DNA from: Candidatus Latescibacterota bacterium
GTDB lineage: Bacteria > Latescibacterota > UBA2968
NCBI GenBank assembly: GCA_965205975.1
Contig: OZ242195.1
Span: forward strand, 384,001 to 448,000
Reading direction: 5' to 3'
DNA: 64,000 nt
Shown here: positions 27,717 through 37,011 of the stretch, one piece after another
Position numbering within the stretch: the first letter of the stretch is position 1
Layout of the letters: each line of letters opens with the position of its first letter
Position numbers and translations under genes: made by a program
The notes under the pieces: generated by a model
What the model saw: only the letters and a program-made list of their open reading frames with translations
Database searches by the model: none
Told to the model about the DNA's origin: nothing

Positions 27717-27775
27717 ACGAGGTTCCCCTCATTAGTACGATTTCTTAATCAACTTTCCTTGAAAAGTCCTGAGAC

Positions 27776-28312
27776 TCATGGTTTGCCGATGTTAAAGCCA
27801 ATCCCCACGGCTGTGCGCAGGGCACTTGCGTCTTCTTCCTCGCCAATGACCCAGCGAACCTCGAACAAAATCTCCATCTTGTTGCCCAACAAGTGTTTTT
27901 CCATGCCGACCATAATAAAGTGAAGCGAGGCCTGGTATTCGTTTTGAAATTCGTTGATGATCAACCGTTCGCGTCGCACCCGATTTACCCCCAACCCACC
28001 GCCCATATACGCATACGCAGTCCCCGATTTATGCGGCCATAAATACTTTAGAAAAGCCCCACCACCTCTCGCTTGAATTTCCGTACCGTCAAGATCCGTT
28101 CCGCTTCCTGTCTCAGCGCCTATTTCGAGGCGGAGATTGGGTATAAATACGGTTGCGATATCTGCTTGAAGCACAAAGAAATGCCGCGTGTCGTTTGCCT
28201 GTACAACGTCTAAACCCACCTTGGTCGCCAGATTGTAGAGCTTAAAACCGGCCTGAGCACTCGTTGTAAAAAAAAGTAAGACCAAAAGTCCGACACCAGC
28301 TAATATCCTCAT
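27776..28312 (-). CDS. Small outer-membrane beta-barrel protein
   Basis: Signal peptide ending SAQA; YAYMGGGLG; terminal VGIGFN. Confidence 0.6.
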   Translation of the reverse strand: MRILAGVGLLVLLFFTTSAQAGFKLYNLATKVGLDVVQANDTRHFFVLQADIATVFIPNLRLEIGAETGSGTDLDGTEIQARGGGAFLKYLWPHKSGTAYAYMGGGLGVNRVRRERLIINEFQNEYQASLHFIMVGMEKHLLGNKMEILFEVRWVIGEEEDASALRTAVGIGFNIGKP

Positions 28313-28356
28313 AATACACTCCTTGCAGCACTTTTTGGCAGTGCCGGATAAATTTT

Positions 28357-28674
28357 CTATCTACGCGACGCCAGTGCTAATTGTTTGAGATAAGAGTAGG
28401 TATAAATTCCCGTATCGTGTCCATCTGTCCACCGAATTTGGATGGCATAATTTCCGACTGGAATAACATCCGACAGATCAGCCGATGGCGTTTGATCCGC
28501 AGTAATCATCTGCAATTGCTCGTCTTGCTTTGCCCGCAGGTCTGCACACAATGCACACGGACAGGCTTTTCGCACGTCGGGCAGTTTCACGCGCAAAATC
28601 CCATCGTCTGCCCAATCCATTTCGAGCCATCCCTCTGCGCGGTCAATGCGAATCCGTCTGGGTTTTTCCGCCAC
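28357..28674 (-). CDS. DUF971 (gamma-butyrobetaine hydroxylase-like N-terminal) protein
   Basis: RKACPCALC, VGNYAIQIRWTDGHDTGIYTYSYL. Confidence 0.9.
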   Translation of the reverse strand: MAEKPRRIRIDRAEGWLEMDWADDGILRVKLPDVRKACPCALCADLRAKQDEQLQMITADQTPSADLSDVIPVGNYAIQIRWTDGHDTGIYTYSYLKQLALASRR

Positions 28675-28684
28675 GACCTGCCCC

Positions 28685-29377
28685 CTAACGCTTCAACCGA
28701 TGCCTCAACCCCAATTCCTGAAGCAAAATACCATATTGTTCGCGCAGATCGCTTTGCAGGGCAAAGGCGCGGTTATAGGCGATGGCCGCATCTTGAAAAA
28801 AACCCTGAGCAGTCAGAGCACGTCCCATTAAAATATAATTGAGCGCGTGATGGGGCATGCGTTCTGTGGTCTCGCTGGCCATGTCAAGTGCACGCTCTAA
28901 TCGCCCCGTTTTCAGATAAATCCAGCCCAAACCCTGATAGGCTGCGATGATATCGGGGTTCAGGACAAGCCCTTGCTGGTAATATTGCTCTGATAGAATT
29001 ATATCGCCTATTCGCTGATATAAATATCCAAGCGCGACCAGTGCGCTTGCATCGGTCGAGTCGCGGGCAGCCAACTGCTGGCAGGCGTCAATTGCGCGCT
29101 CGAAATTTTCCATTCGCAAATAAGAAGAGATGAGGAGGCGCAATGCTTGTGTGTGTACAGGGTTTTGTTCTAAAATATCGCGCAACGCGACAGCAGCAGC
29201 ACCGGGATTGCCAGCTTCTAGGGAATCGACAACACTTTTCAATGCGGGGTCGAGAATTACAGTCATCGAGTCATCCGAAACCACAACTATCGGTTCACTG
29301 CTTTCAAACATCTCTTGGGCATTGGAATTCTCTGCACCCAAAAGCATAACAACGATTATTCCCAGTCGCAGTATCAT
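28685..29377 (-). CDS. Exported tetratricopeptide-repeat protein
   Basis: Signal peptide; TPR units ALVALGYLYQRIG, AYQGLGWIYLKTG, NYILMGRAL. Confidence 0.85.
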   Translation of the reverse strand: MILRLGIIVVMLLGAENSNAQEMFESSEPIVVVSDDSMTVILDPALKSVVDSLEAGNPGAAAVALRDILEQNPVHTQALRLLISSYLRMENFERAIDACQQLAARDSTDASALVALGYLYQRIGDIILSEQYYQQGLVLNPDIIAAYQGLGWIYLKTGRLERALDMASETTERMPHHALNYILMGRALTAQGFFQDAAIAYNRAFALQSDLREQYGILLQELGLRHRLKR

Positions 29378-29436
29378 ATACTTTCCTGACAGTACCTAAA
29401 AATCGCGTAACGCTTTAGATATGCCCACTCAGCAGA

Positions 29437-29526
29437 GTCGGGAGGCGATGTACAACTGGTCGTTAGACCAGTTCAAAGGATTTCCCTCCTACCATATATC
29501 TGTAGGAGCGGCATCCTTGCCGCGAT
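29437..29526. repeat. Pair of GTAG-type REP-like palindromes
   Basis: GTAGGA-GCGGCA-TCCT-TGCCGC-GAT at 29502-29526; opposite-strand GTAGGAGGGA...CTCCCGAC at 29437-29492, enclosing AACTGGTC-GTTA-GACCAGTT. Confidence 0.6.
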
Positions 29527-29866
29527 CGATTTTCCTCTATAGATACGAGGGGCGTCCAGAGTAAGGCCATTGAACGGATGACTTTGGCAAACTCAGTCGA
29601 GTCGTCGCAGTTGTATCCCACACAAAAGGATCGACTATGGGGTACTCAGTAGAGGTATGTGGCAAAATATTATTTGTGCGATATAAGCGCAGGCTTTGGC
29701 GTATAGAAAGGCCCGGCTCGTAAATTTCAATGGCCGGGCGATTGCACCACATCACAAGAACAAGGTCGGGGTCGATCTCGATTCGCTGACAAACCAATTT
29801 GAGTATCAAGTAAACACTCGCCATAAATTTGGTCATAGAGGCCTTTTCTTTTTTTAGCTTCAATCA

Positions 29867-30712
29867 CTAACCGCTCTTGCTGCCAAACGCGGCGACAAAG
29901 TTGAGAAAATCTGTAAAATCAATTGTCCCGCTGCTATCCAGATCCATACTGGCATTAAAACCGTCATCAGATGAAGACTTGCCAAATTGCGCGACAAAGA
30001 GGAGAAAGTCTTGAAATTCAACTTCGCCACTGCTGTCAAAATCACCAGGTAGCATAGTCGGCGGTGGTGGCGGTGGTGGCGGTGGTGGTGGCGTTCCTGT
30101 ATCCGTTGCTTTCGCGAAAGTGATTACGATCCTGATTGGATCATCTGGCGAAACGAACTGAGAAAGCACATTTTGTGCGAGAGGTCTCACACCTTCAGAT
30201 AATGACGCTAATAATTCATCTAAAAGAAGTGGGCGTATGATCTGTAGTGAATCCGCCGTCGCTGTGTACGTATAATTAAGTGGATCTTCATTTTCGCGCG
30301 TTATAGTGAGTGCATGGGTATCAGACGAGACCGTGTAATTGCCTGTGTATTGGCTTGTATCGAGTACAGCGACCGTAAGCGGAACCAATAATACCGCAGA
30401 GATATTGGTCTCTGTCCTGTAGTCAGATTGCACGCTGCCATCTGAACCAAAAGTTATTGTGCCGTTGATTTCGCCTTCAACTGTAAGAGGCTTTACAGCT
30501 TCCACGAGCGCGGCTGGAACATAAGCGTTCAGCCCGATCTTCTCAGCTACCCAGGAGCCGACGATCTCGCCACCTTGCGGCGTGGGCGTTTCTGGTATCA
30601 GTCCCGCATCTGCCTGTCCAAATGTTATGAACGCCGTTATAAGTAAAACGCAGTTTCTCAATACCTTAAACTGCCATTTTTTGACCGCGACGCCAAATTT
30701 TGACCCTTTCAT
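29867..30712 (-). CDS. Secreted protein with poly-Pro linker and C-terminal dockerin-like double EF-hand
   Basis: Signal peptide; IVGSW beta domain; Pro11; GDFDSSGEVEFQDFLLFVAQFG / DLDSSGTIDFTDFLNFVAAFG. Confidence 0.8.
   Translation of the reverse strand: MKGSKFGVAVKKWQFKVLRNCVLLITAFITFGQADAGLIPETPTPQGGEIVGSWVAEKIGLNAYVPAALVEAVKPLTVEGEINGTITFGSDGSVQSDYRTETNISAVLLVPLTVAVLDTSQYTGNYTVSSDTHALTITRENEDPLNYTYTATADSLQIIRPLLLDELLASLSEGVRPLAQNVLSQFVSPDDPIRIVITFAKATDTGTPPPPPPPPPPPTMLPGDFDSSGEVEFQDFLLFVAQFGKSSSDDGFNASMDLDSSGTIDFTDFLNFVAAFGSKSG
30059..30091. repeat. Low-complexity (GGCGGTGGT)n repeat encoding 11 prolines
   Basis: Read directly from sequence. Confidence 0.9.
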
Positions 30713-30863
30713 ATCCCTCCTCCAGTGTTTATTCGGTTCTTCTAAAACGCACGATTACTTTTCAATTTACGCAATTCGCGTGTCTCCTGCAATACTTAAC
30801 TCATGTTGTGAAATTTTTCATCGCGTGCTATCTTGCAAAACAACACTTGCGAAAGGAGCGCGT

Positions 30864-31808
30864 ATGCAATATCGAGTTCTCGTCGATGTCGATCTTCCAG
30901 ATGAAATTCCAGATATGATGAATAATCGCTGTGAACTTTACATTTTGGCGCACGGCGATGTTTCAGATGATAAATTCGCGTCTGCACAAGGGCTGCTCAC
31001 TTATGGACACCCGATTATCGATGGTGATTTTATGGATCGCATGCCCAATTTGAAAATTATCAGCAATTTTGGTGTTGGCGTAGATCACATTGATCTATCA
31101 GCGGCCAAACAGCGCGGGATTCCAGTGGGCAATACACCCAATATGCTCGATGGCGCGACAGCCGATATGACCTTTGCAATGCTCATGGCTGCCGCCCGCA
31201 ATATCGTTATTGGTGACCGCTTTGCCCGTAGTGCGGCTTTTTCGCACTACGATCCGCGCATTTTGATCGGTCACGAAATCCACGGTACAACATTGGGTAT
31301 TATCGGTATGGGCAATATCGGCAGGCAGGTTGCGCGACGATCGCAGGGGTTTGACATGAATGTGCTCTATCACAATCGAAAACCCGATCCCAAAGCCGAG
31401 ATTGAGTTAGGCGCGACTTATGTATCTCTCAATGATTTGCTCGAACAATCGGATTTTGTCACTTTGAATGTGCCGCTGACTGAGGAAACGCGAAATATGA
31501 TTGGTCGAGAGCAACTCAGGCGGATGAAAAGAACCGCCATACTGGTCAATCTGGCGCGCGGAGGTGTTATCGATCACGACGCACTCGTAGAAGCTCTTGA
31601 GAATAATTGGATCGCGGTTGCCGCGCTCGATGTGACCGAGCCAGAACCGCTTCCACGCGATCATCCGCTTCTGTCTATGGACAATGTGGTTATCGTTCCC
31701 CACCTGGGCAGTGCCACACGCCAGACGCGCATGGCAATGGCCCAGCGTACGGTAGATAATCTTATAGCTGGACTCACAGATCAGCCATTGATCACTTATG
31801 TAGTGTAA
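30864..31808 (+). CDS. D-isomer-specific 2-hydroxyacid dehydrogenase (glyoxylate/hydroxypyruvate reductase-like)
   Basis: GVGVDHID, NTP, GIIGMGNIG, VNLARG, ALDVTEPEP, PHLGSAT; ATG 30864 after AAGGAG. Confidence 0.92.
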   Translation: MQYRVLVDVDLPDEIPDMMNNRCELYILAHGDVSDDKFASAQGLLTYGHPIIDGDFMDRMPNLKIISNFGVGVDHIDLSAAKQRGIPVGNTPNMLDGATADMTFAMLMAAARNIVIGDRFARSAAFSHYDPRILIGHEIHGTTLGIIGMGNIGRQVARRSQGFDMNVLYHNRKPDPKAEIELGATYVSLNDLLEQSDFVTLNVPLTEETRNMIGREQLRRMKRTAILVNLARGGVIDHDALVEALENNWIAVAALDVTEPEPLPRDHPLLSMDNVVIVPHLGSATRQTRMAMAQRTVDNLIAGLTDQPLITYVV

Positions 31809-31841
31809 GATAGGTGCTATTAGGGGGCGTGAGGAAGGTAT

Positions 31842-31883
31842 ATCAATCAGAAGGAAGAGGATGTTCGGAGGAGGTGCCTTCAC
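31842..31883 (-). pseudogene. 5' remnant of a sulfatase gene (14 codons)
   Basis: GTG overlapping the upstream stop gives MKAPPPNILFLLID, the sulfatase N-terminal motif; similarity then ends. Confidence 0.55.
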
Positions 31884-32950
31884 ATCTCACTCAATTCAAT
31901 GCGTTGACCGGTATCATTTGACCTGTATGCCGCTTCAATGATTCTGGCGACTTTTAAGGCATCTTCTCCAGTGGTTGGGGCCGTACCTTTACCCGCAGTA
32001 GATCGAATAAAGTCATCCAAAAAAGCGATCCCATAAGCCCCACCATAAGCATCGACTTCAGGTAGCGTGTAATCAAAGGTTCGCTGAGATGCCGTGTGCC
32101 AGCCTTCTGCAACGCTTTCGAGATACAATTCTGATGGGCTGCCCGAAGGCGTCCAGAACACGCGGCCCTCGTGACCGCGAAATCCCATATACGTGTCGTA
32201 ATTCGGCCCCATATAACCCGCGCCACTTATTGATAGTTGATAGCCGGCCTGCATACTGCCCAGCGCGCCATTGGAAAACCGGAAGGATAGAGACGCCACG
32301 TCTTCAACATCGATGTTTTCGCCGCTGAGCGTATCGACAATTGCAGAAACGGAGACGATGTCTGCGTCCATTACATAGCACAGCAGGTCGATATAATGAC
32401 ACCCCAACCACGATAAGATGCCGCCGCCAGAGATCGACCGATCAAATAGCCAGTGTTTGGGATCGCGAAATTTTACCTGTGATGTGACCATCCGAGATTC
32501 ACAAGATGTCACGTGACCTATTGCACCACCCTGGATGACTCTTCGCGCTTCACAAGTGACGGGATGATAGCGATTCTGATACATGACCCCCAGTTGCACG
32601 CCTGCTTTTGCTGCGCCATCTACGACCCGAGAAACAGTGGCAACCGAAGCACCGATGGGTTTTTCGCTGATGACGTGGATACCCCGCTCGAACAAGCACA
32701 GACAAAGGTCTGGATTCTGGTCGTTGCGGGCGCAGGCCACACCAAAAGCTATTTTTTTAGAGCCTAAAAGTACGCTGAGATCGGAATAAGTACCCGCGAC
32801 TTTATCTGTTGAGTTAAAGCTGTTCAGAGCCGAGGGGTCGGCGTCGTACAGAATAATCTCATCTACCAGTGTAGAAGCCTGCAAGGTCTTGAAATGGGCT
32901 TCTGAATGGGGATGTGTTAGGCCAAATAAGCCAGCGCGAACGGGTTGCAT
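31880..32950 (-). CDS. Gfo/Idh/MocA family oxidoreductase
   Basis: HVISEKP, YQNRYHP, GGGILSWLGCHYIDL; start at ATG 32950. Confidence 0.9.
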   Translation of the reverse strand: MQPVRAGLFGLTHPHSEAHFKTLQASTLVDEIILYDADPSALNSFNSTDKVAGTYSDLSVLLGSKKIAFGVACARNDQNPDLCLCLFERGIHVISEKPIGASVATVSRVVDGAAKAGVQLGVMYQNRYHPVTCEARRVIQGGAIGHVTSCESRMVTSQVKFRDPKHWLFDRSISGGGILSWLGCHYIDLLCYVMDADIVSVSAIVDTLSGENIDVEDVASLSFRFSNGALGSMQAGYQLSISGAGYMGPNYDTYMGFRGHEGRVFWTPSGSPSELYLESVAEGWHTASQRTFDYTLPEVDAYGGAYGIAFLDDFIRSTAGKGTAPTTGEDALKVARIIEAAYRSNDTGQRIELSEM

Positions 32951-32961
32951 TACATAATCCT

Positions 32962-33771
32962 CTATAAATACGGCAGTACTTCGCGCTTGAGCGCGTTGAG
33001 ATATGTCCATTCTTCACCGGGGTCCTGGAAGATCAATGTATAATATCCCGAGAAATTGGCTTTGCGCGTCAAATCCAAACAGGCCAGGAATCCGTCCCGC
33101 AACATGATCCCATCTTCGTAATCCGCTTTGGTGTGAATCGTATCTGCAAACGGCAACACCTCTGCGAGGTCGCCCAGCTTGTGTTCCCCTTTGAAGTTGC
33201 CAAAATCAGTACACAGTCCGATTTGCCCATCGCATCTATCCAAAATATCCAGTAGAGGAGCCGCGCGTTGGGTCAGTCGCTTGAAGTTCTCGGTCATGAC
33301 GCGTACGCCACAATCGCGCGCATAGTCCGACAATTGCAGGAGATTTTGCGCGCTGAGTGCTATGGATTCCGTGTCTGGCTCTGCTTCGCCAGCGATTACG
33401 CGCACATTCGCCGCGCCACAGGTGGATGCGACGTCAATCCATCTCCGAATTTCCGCCAGGTCCTTTTCCCTCTGTTCGGGATCGGGATGCGTAATATCCC
33501 ACGCGTCAATCAAGATGCTGTAAAGCGATACGCTGTGCCTGTCCAGTTCTGCGCGCAGGTCTGCTATAAATGCATCATCTGTCGTAGGAAAATGAAAATG
33601 GCAGATTTCCAAATGCCCGATGCCATGCGATGCCACTTCGCGGGGGACATTGAGTAGCTGTATGCGTCCCCCATCGCCATTTCGGTTCACAAATCCATCG
33701 GGTGTGCGATCATACCACGCCTTGCCCAAAGCGCGGTGCAAACTCCAGGTGGAAATAGATAATTCTGGCAT
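32962..33771 (-). CDS. Sugar phosphate isomerase/epimerase (AP endonuclease 2 TIM barrel)
   Basis: STWSLHR, LEICHFH, MTEN, DFGNF, HTK. Confidence 0.85.
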   Translation of the reverse strand: MPELSISTWSLHRALGKAWYDRTPDGFVNRNGDGGRIQLLNVPREVASHGIGHLEICHFHFPTTDDAFIADLRAELDRHSVSLYSILIDAWDITHPDPEQREKDLAEIRRWIDVASTCGAANVRVIAGEAEPDTESIALSAQNLLQLSDYARDCGVRVMTENFKRLTQRAAPLLDILDRCDGQIGLCTDFGNFKGEHKLGDLAEVLPFADTIHTKADYEDGIMLRDGFLACLDLTRKANFSGYYTLIFQDPGEEWTYLNALKREVLPYL

Positions 33772-33818
33772 GTTGTAATCTCCAGTGGTCAGTCGAGAAG
33801 AAGGCAGGTTTTCACATT

Positions 33819-34877
33819 TTACGTCTTGCAGCCCACTTTTTCAGCCAACTGGCAGATCGCCTGCGCGGCTTCGTCAACATCGGATTTGGAGATGCCGATG
33901 TGTGGAATCAATCTTATCATCTGTGTGCCGATGACGCTTACGCGTATGCCGTATTCGGCGAGTAATCGGTCGCCAAAATCGCGGCCGGAAATGCCCAATT
34001 GAGCCACGTCAAAGCGCACCATGTTGGTCTCTACGTCTTCGACATTGATTCCAATTCCGGGTGCTTTTGCAATGCCTTTTGCCAGGTGTTTTGCATTGGC
34101 ATGATCTTCTGCCATTCGTTCGATGTTGTGTTCTAACGCGTAGATACCAGCAGCGGCAATGATGCCGGCTTGTCGCATAGCACCTCCGATGCGCTGTTTC
34201 CACTGCCAGGCATTGAGGATAAAATCTGAAGGTCCCGCCAGTACAGCCCCCACAGGCGCGCCCAGGCCCTTGCTCAGATCGATCCACAGGGTGTCAAAAG
34301 ACTCGGCATACGCTTTTGGTGCAATGCCAGTTGCAACTGTTGCATTTAGCAGTCGTGCGCCATCCATGTGCGTTAAAGCGCCTTTTTCGTGCGCCATATC
34401 GCACACTGCGCGTATCTGTTCGAGGGGCCATATACGTCCTCCTGGCATATTTGTGGTCTGTTCGGCACAGACGAGGCGGAAGGGCGGTCTATATCGCGTT
34501 GACGGCACCATAACCTCTGCCATTTGTTCGGGTGTAAACATGCCATTTTTCCCGTCGATGGGATACAGCGTTGCGCGAGCGAGCACTGCTGCGCCACCGG
34601 CTTCTGATATGAGCGGGTGTGCGGTGCGATCGACTAAAACGAGATCTCCTGCGCGACAGTGAACCGCATAAGAAATTTGGTTGCACATGGTTCCCGATGG
34701 CAAAAAAAGAGCCGCCTCTTTGCCCAGCATCTCGGCGACCATATCCTGTAGGGCGTTCACCGACGGGTCTTCGCCCTTTTGCTCATCACCCACTTCTGCC
34801 AGACACATAAACTCGCGCATCGCTTGCGTTGGCACGGTGGATGTATCGCTGTAAAGATCAATTTTAATGTCAGTCAT
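33819..34877 (-). CDS. ltaE: Low-specificity L-threonine aldolase family (PLP)
   Basis: DLYSDT, VGDEQ.GEDP, PSGTMCN, HMDGARL, LSKGLGAPVG, GGAMRQAG. Confidence 0.88.
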   Translation of the reverse strand: MTDIKIDLYSDTSTVPTQAMREFMCLAEVGDEQKGEDPSVNALQDMVAEMLGKEAALFLPSGTMCNQISYAVHCRAGDLVLVDRTAHPLISEAGGAAVLARATLYPIDGKNGMFTPEQMAEVMVPSTRYRPPFRLVCAEQTTNMPGGRIWPLEQIRAVCDMAHEKGALTHMDGARLLNATVATGIAPKAYAESFDTLWIDLSKGLGAPVGAVLAGPSDFILNAWQWKQRIGGAMRQAGIIAAAGIYALEHNIERMAEDHANAKHLAKGIAKAPGIGINVEDVETNMVRFDVAQLGISGRDFGDRLLAEYGIRVSVIGTQMIRLIPHIGISKSDVDEAAQAICQLAEKVGCKT

Positions 34878-35837
34878 TTATCTGCTTTCTCCTGGGCCAG
34901 ATTTGAAAAGATTCAGAAACCGATCTTCGTAAAATGAATAGAGGTTCCAACGGTCGAGTTCGGCTTTGAGTTCATTGGCTTTTTTGTGAAACTGGTCTGT
35001 TTTTTTCACTTCGCGAAACATCTTTTCAATGCGTTTCATAACGGACTGCGGCACTTTGTCTTCTTCGATTTTTCCGCCTGGAAATTCGTTTTCTGGAATA
35101 TCGTCCATGTGGGAAAATGTCTTTTGGATCTGCATCTCAATATCTTCCATTGTGCCTTGCATCTTTTCGGCCGCATCGTCAATTTCCGACATATCGACTG
35201 AAAAATTTAACAAATCTGCCAAAGTCAGCACAATTTCTTTTGAAGCTTTGGGATTTGGTATGGGGGCAGCATATTGCGGCATCGTTCCCAAAAAACAGGC
35301 CGCATTGAGTTCGCGTTTTTTTGCAAAGCCCAACAACAGGCCATTAAGTCCCGAAACCATCCCTTCTTTTAATATTTCCACTCCGTGAGATGATAGCAAT
35401 TCTCGAAATTCGGAGTTGTTCGCCACTCCCAGCACCTGTGCATCTTCTTTGTGACTGGACTGTGTGAGATAGGCCGCGCCTGTGAGGACCGTATCGATGC
35501 CTACCCGCTGCCCTACATCCAGGACTTCGTCCAACAATTCATCGCCGGGTGCTCCGCCTATTTGCGCCTCGCTTTGAAAAATAATCAAATCGTGTTCTTC
35601 CACTACATAAAATATATGAGCAGGTGGATTGGGAAAGGTCGCGATCCCGTCTTCTACAATCATGGCTTCGGGCGGGAAGTGAGATCGCATGTCTATTTCA
35701 GCAAATGCGACGGCATCGAGTTTGCGCCGGATATAGTCAATGGCACCAATGCCAACGCTACCCATACCAGGCCACCCTGCAAGCAGTACTGATGCCCGAA
35801 AAGAACGGGGCAATTCTTTCAATACGTTTAGTTTCAT
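34878..35837 (-). CDS. PAC2 (proteasome assembly chaperone 2) family protein
   Basis: LAGWPGMGSVG, SGLNGLLLG, ACFLG, PNPKAS, YEDRFLNLF. Confidence 0.8.
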   Translation of the reverse strand: MKLNVLKELPRSFRASVLLAGWPGMGSVGIGAIDYIRRKLDAVAFAEIDMRSHFPPEAMIVEDGIATFPNPPAHIFYVVEEHDLIIFQSEAQIGGAPGDELLDEVLDVGQRVGIDTVLTGAAYLTQSSHKEDAQVLGVANNSEFRELLSSHGVEILKEGMVSGLNGLLLGFAKKRELNAACFLGTMPQYAAPIPNPKASKEIVLTLADLLNFSVDMSEIDDAAEKMQGTMEDIEMQIQKTFSHMDDIPENEFPGGKIEEDKVPQSVMKRIEKMFREVKKTDQFHKKANELKAELDRWNLYSFYEDRFLNLFKSGPGESR

Positions 35838-35908
35838 TTTCTAACCTTTCCACAAGGGACAAAGTGTTTTAGAAATAATATCAAATTATAGGCATGAACA
35901 CAACTATA

Positions 35909-37000
35909 TCAATGATCAGAATGCCATTTCTCAAGCGGATGCGAACGATTGGGGTTTGGAAAAACAACGCGTTGTCCAGAAATTTGGGATGCGTACGCCC
36001 CGTGAATCATTTCCAGCGCCCAACGCGCATCTCGATCACTGGAAATGGGTGCGCGATCGCGTTCTATGGCGTCAATCAGGTCGATAATGGCGCGATAATT
36101 TCCCGTCTCTTGCAAGTGATCCCCCGCAAGGTCGAGTGCATGCCACGTATGACTACCTGACCAGGGTGACCACAGGCCATCTTCGTAAATGGCAATCGCT
36201 TCTGCGCCCCCGCTTATGGCTATCCGTCCAGATTCTCCGACCAGCACTAACCCGTAACCCTGTCCATTTCCCGCCTGGTTGGCCCGCGAGACAAATGATC
36301 CATCCACGCCATTGGAAAAAGAAAACAGGCTGACCACACCATCGCCCGCAATTGCGCCAATTGGCTCTGTGGCTTCCCGCACATCCTCGGGCGCGATTTC
36401 TCGCTCTCCAACTGTCACGCGCGCTGTCATCCACAGGGGATCGCCCCCCCAAAAGCGCATCATGTTGAAGAGATGTGTCCCCAATACCAGCATGTCTTCG
36501 CCGCCTCCCCGATGGTCTTGTTTGCCATACGCATGCATGGATAGGAGTTTCCCAATTCGATTTTCTCGTATTAGATCGCGTACTTGATGTACTTGTCTGA
36601 GGTAAACAGCTTGATGCGCTACAGCAATTTTGCGGTTGTTCTGTTCGGCGGCAGCCACGATGCGGTCTGCAGATGTGAGGTCACCTGCAAGTGGTTTTTC
36701 CGCATAGACATGGCAGCCGGCTTCGATACACGCTACGATCATTTCTTCGTGACAATCGACCCACCGGGGGCACACGCTGACAATATCGAGGTTTTCTTTC
36801 GCCAGCATGTCGCGATAGTCAGCATATCCTCGCTCTGCCCCTGCATCTGCAATAGCCTTTTCTCGTCCGGCTGCGTCTGGATCGGATACGGCGATCATAT
36901 CCACGCAGTCGATTTTTTGATAGGGCACATGCAGTCCATGTCCAAAATTGCCCTGTCCGGTCCGACCGATTGCACCGGCGCGATAGCGTTTTGCTGCCAT
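35909..37000 (-). CDS. Gfo/Idh/MocA family oxidoreductase
   Basis: IGRTGQGNFGH, HVYAEKP, RGGGEDMLVLGTH. Confidence 0.9.
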   Translation of the reverse strand: MAAKRYRAGAIGRTGQGNFGHGLHVPYQKIDCVDMIAVSDPDAAGREKAIADAGAERGYADYRDMLAKENLDIVSVCPRWVDCHEEMIVACIEAGCHVYAEKPLAGDLTSADRIVAAAEQNNRKIAVAHQAVYLRQVHQVRDLIRENRIGKLLSMHAYGKQDHRGGGEDMLVLGTHLFNMMRFWGGDPLWMTARVTVGEREIAPEDVREATEPIGAIAGDGVVSLFSFSNGVDGSFVSRANQAGNGQGYGLVLVGESGRIAISGGAEAIAIYEDGLWSPWSGSHTWHALDLAGDHLQETGNYRAIIDLIDAIERDRAPISSDRDARWALEMIHGAYASQISGQRVVFPNPNRSHPLEKWHSDH

Positions 37001-37011
37001 TGTGACTCCTT

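Noticed and set aside
29537..29863. 108-aa hypothetical ORF
   Set aside because: No recognisable motif or SD, and it contains a terminator-like GCCCGGC...GCCGGGC-CTTTCT hairpin on the same strand; it cannot be supported, though not excluded
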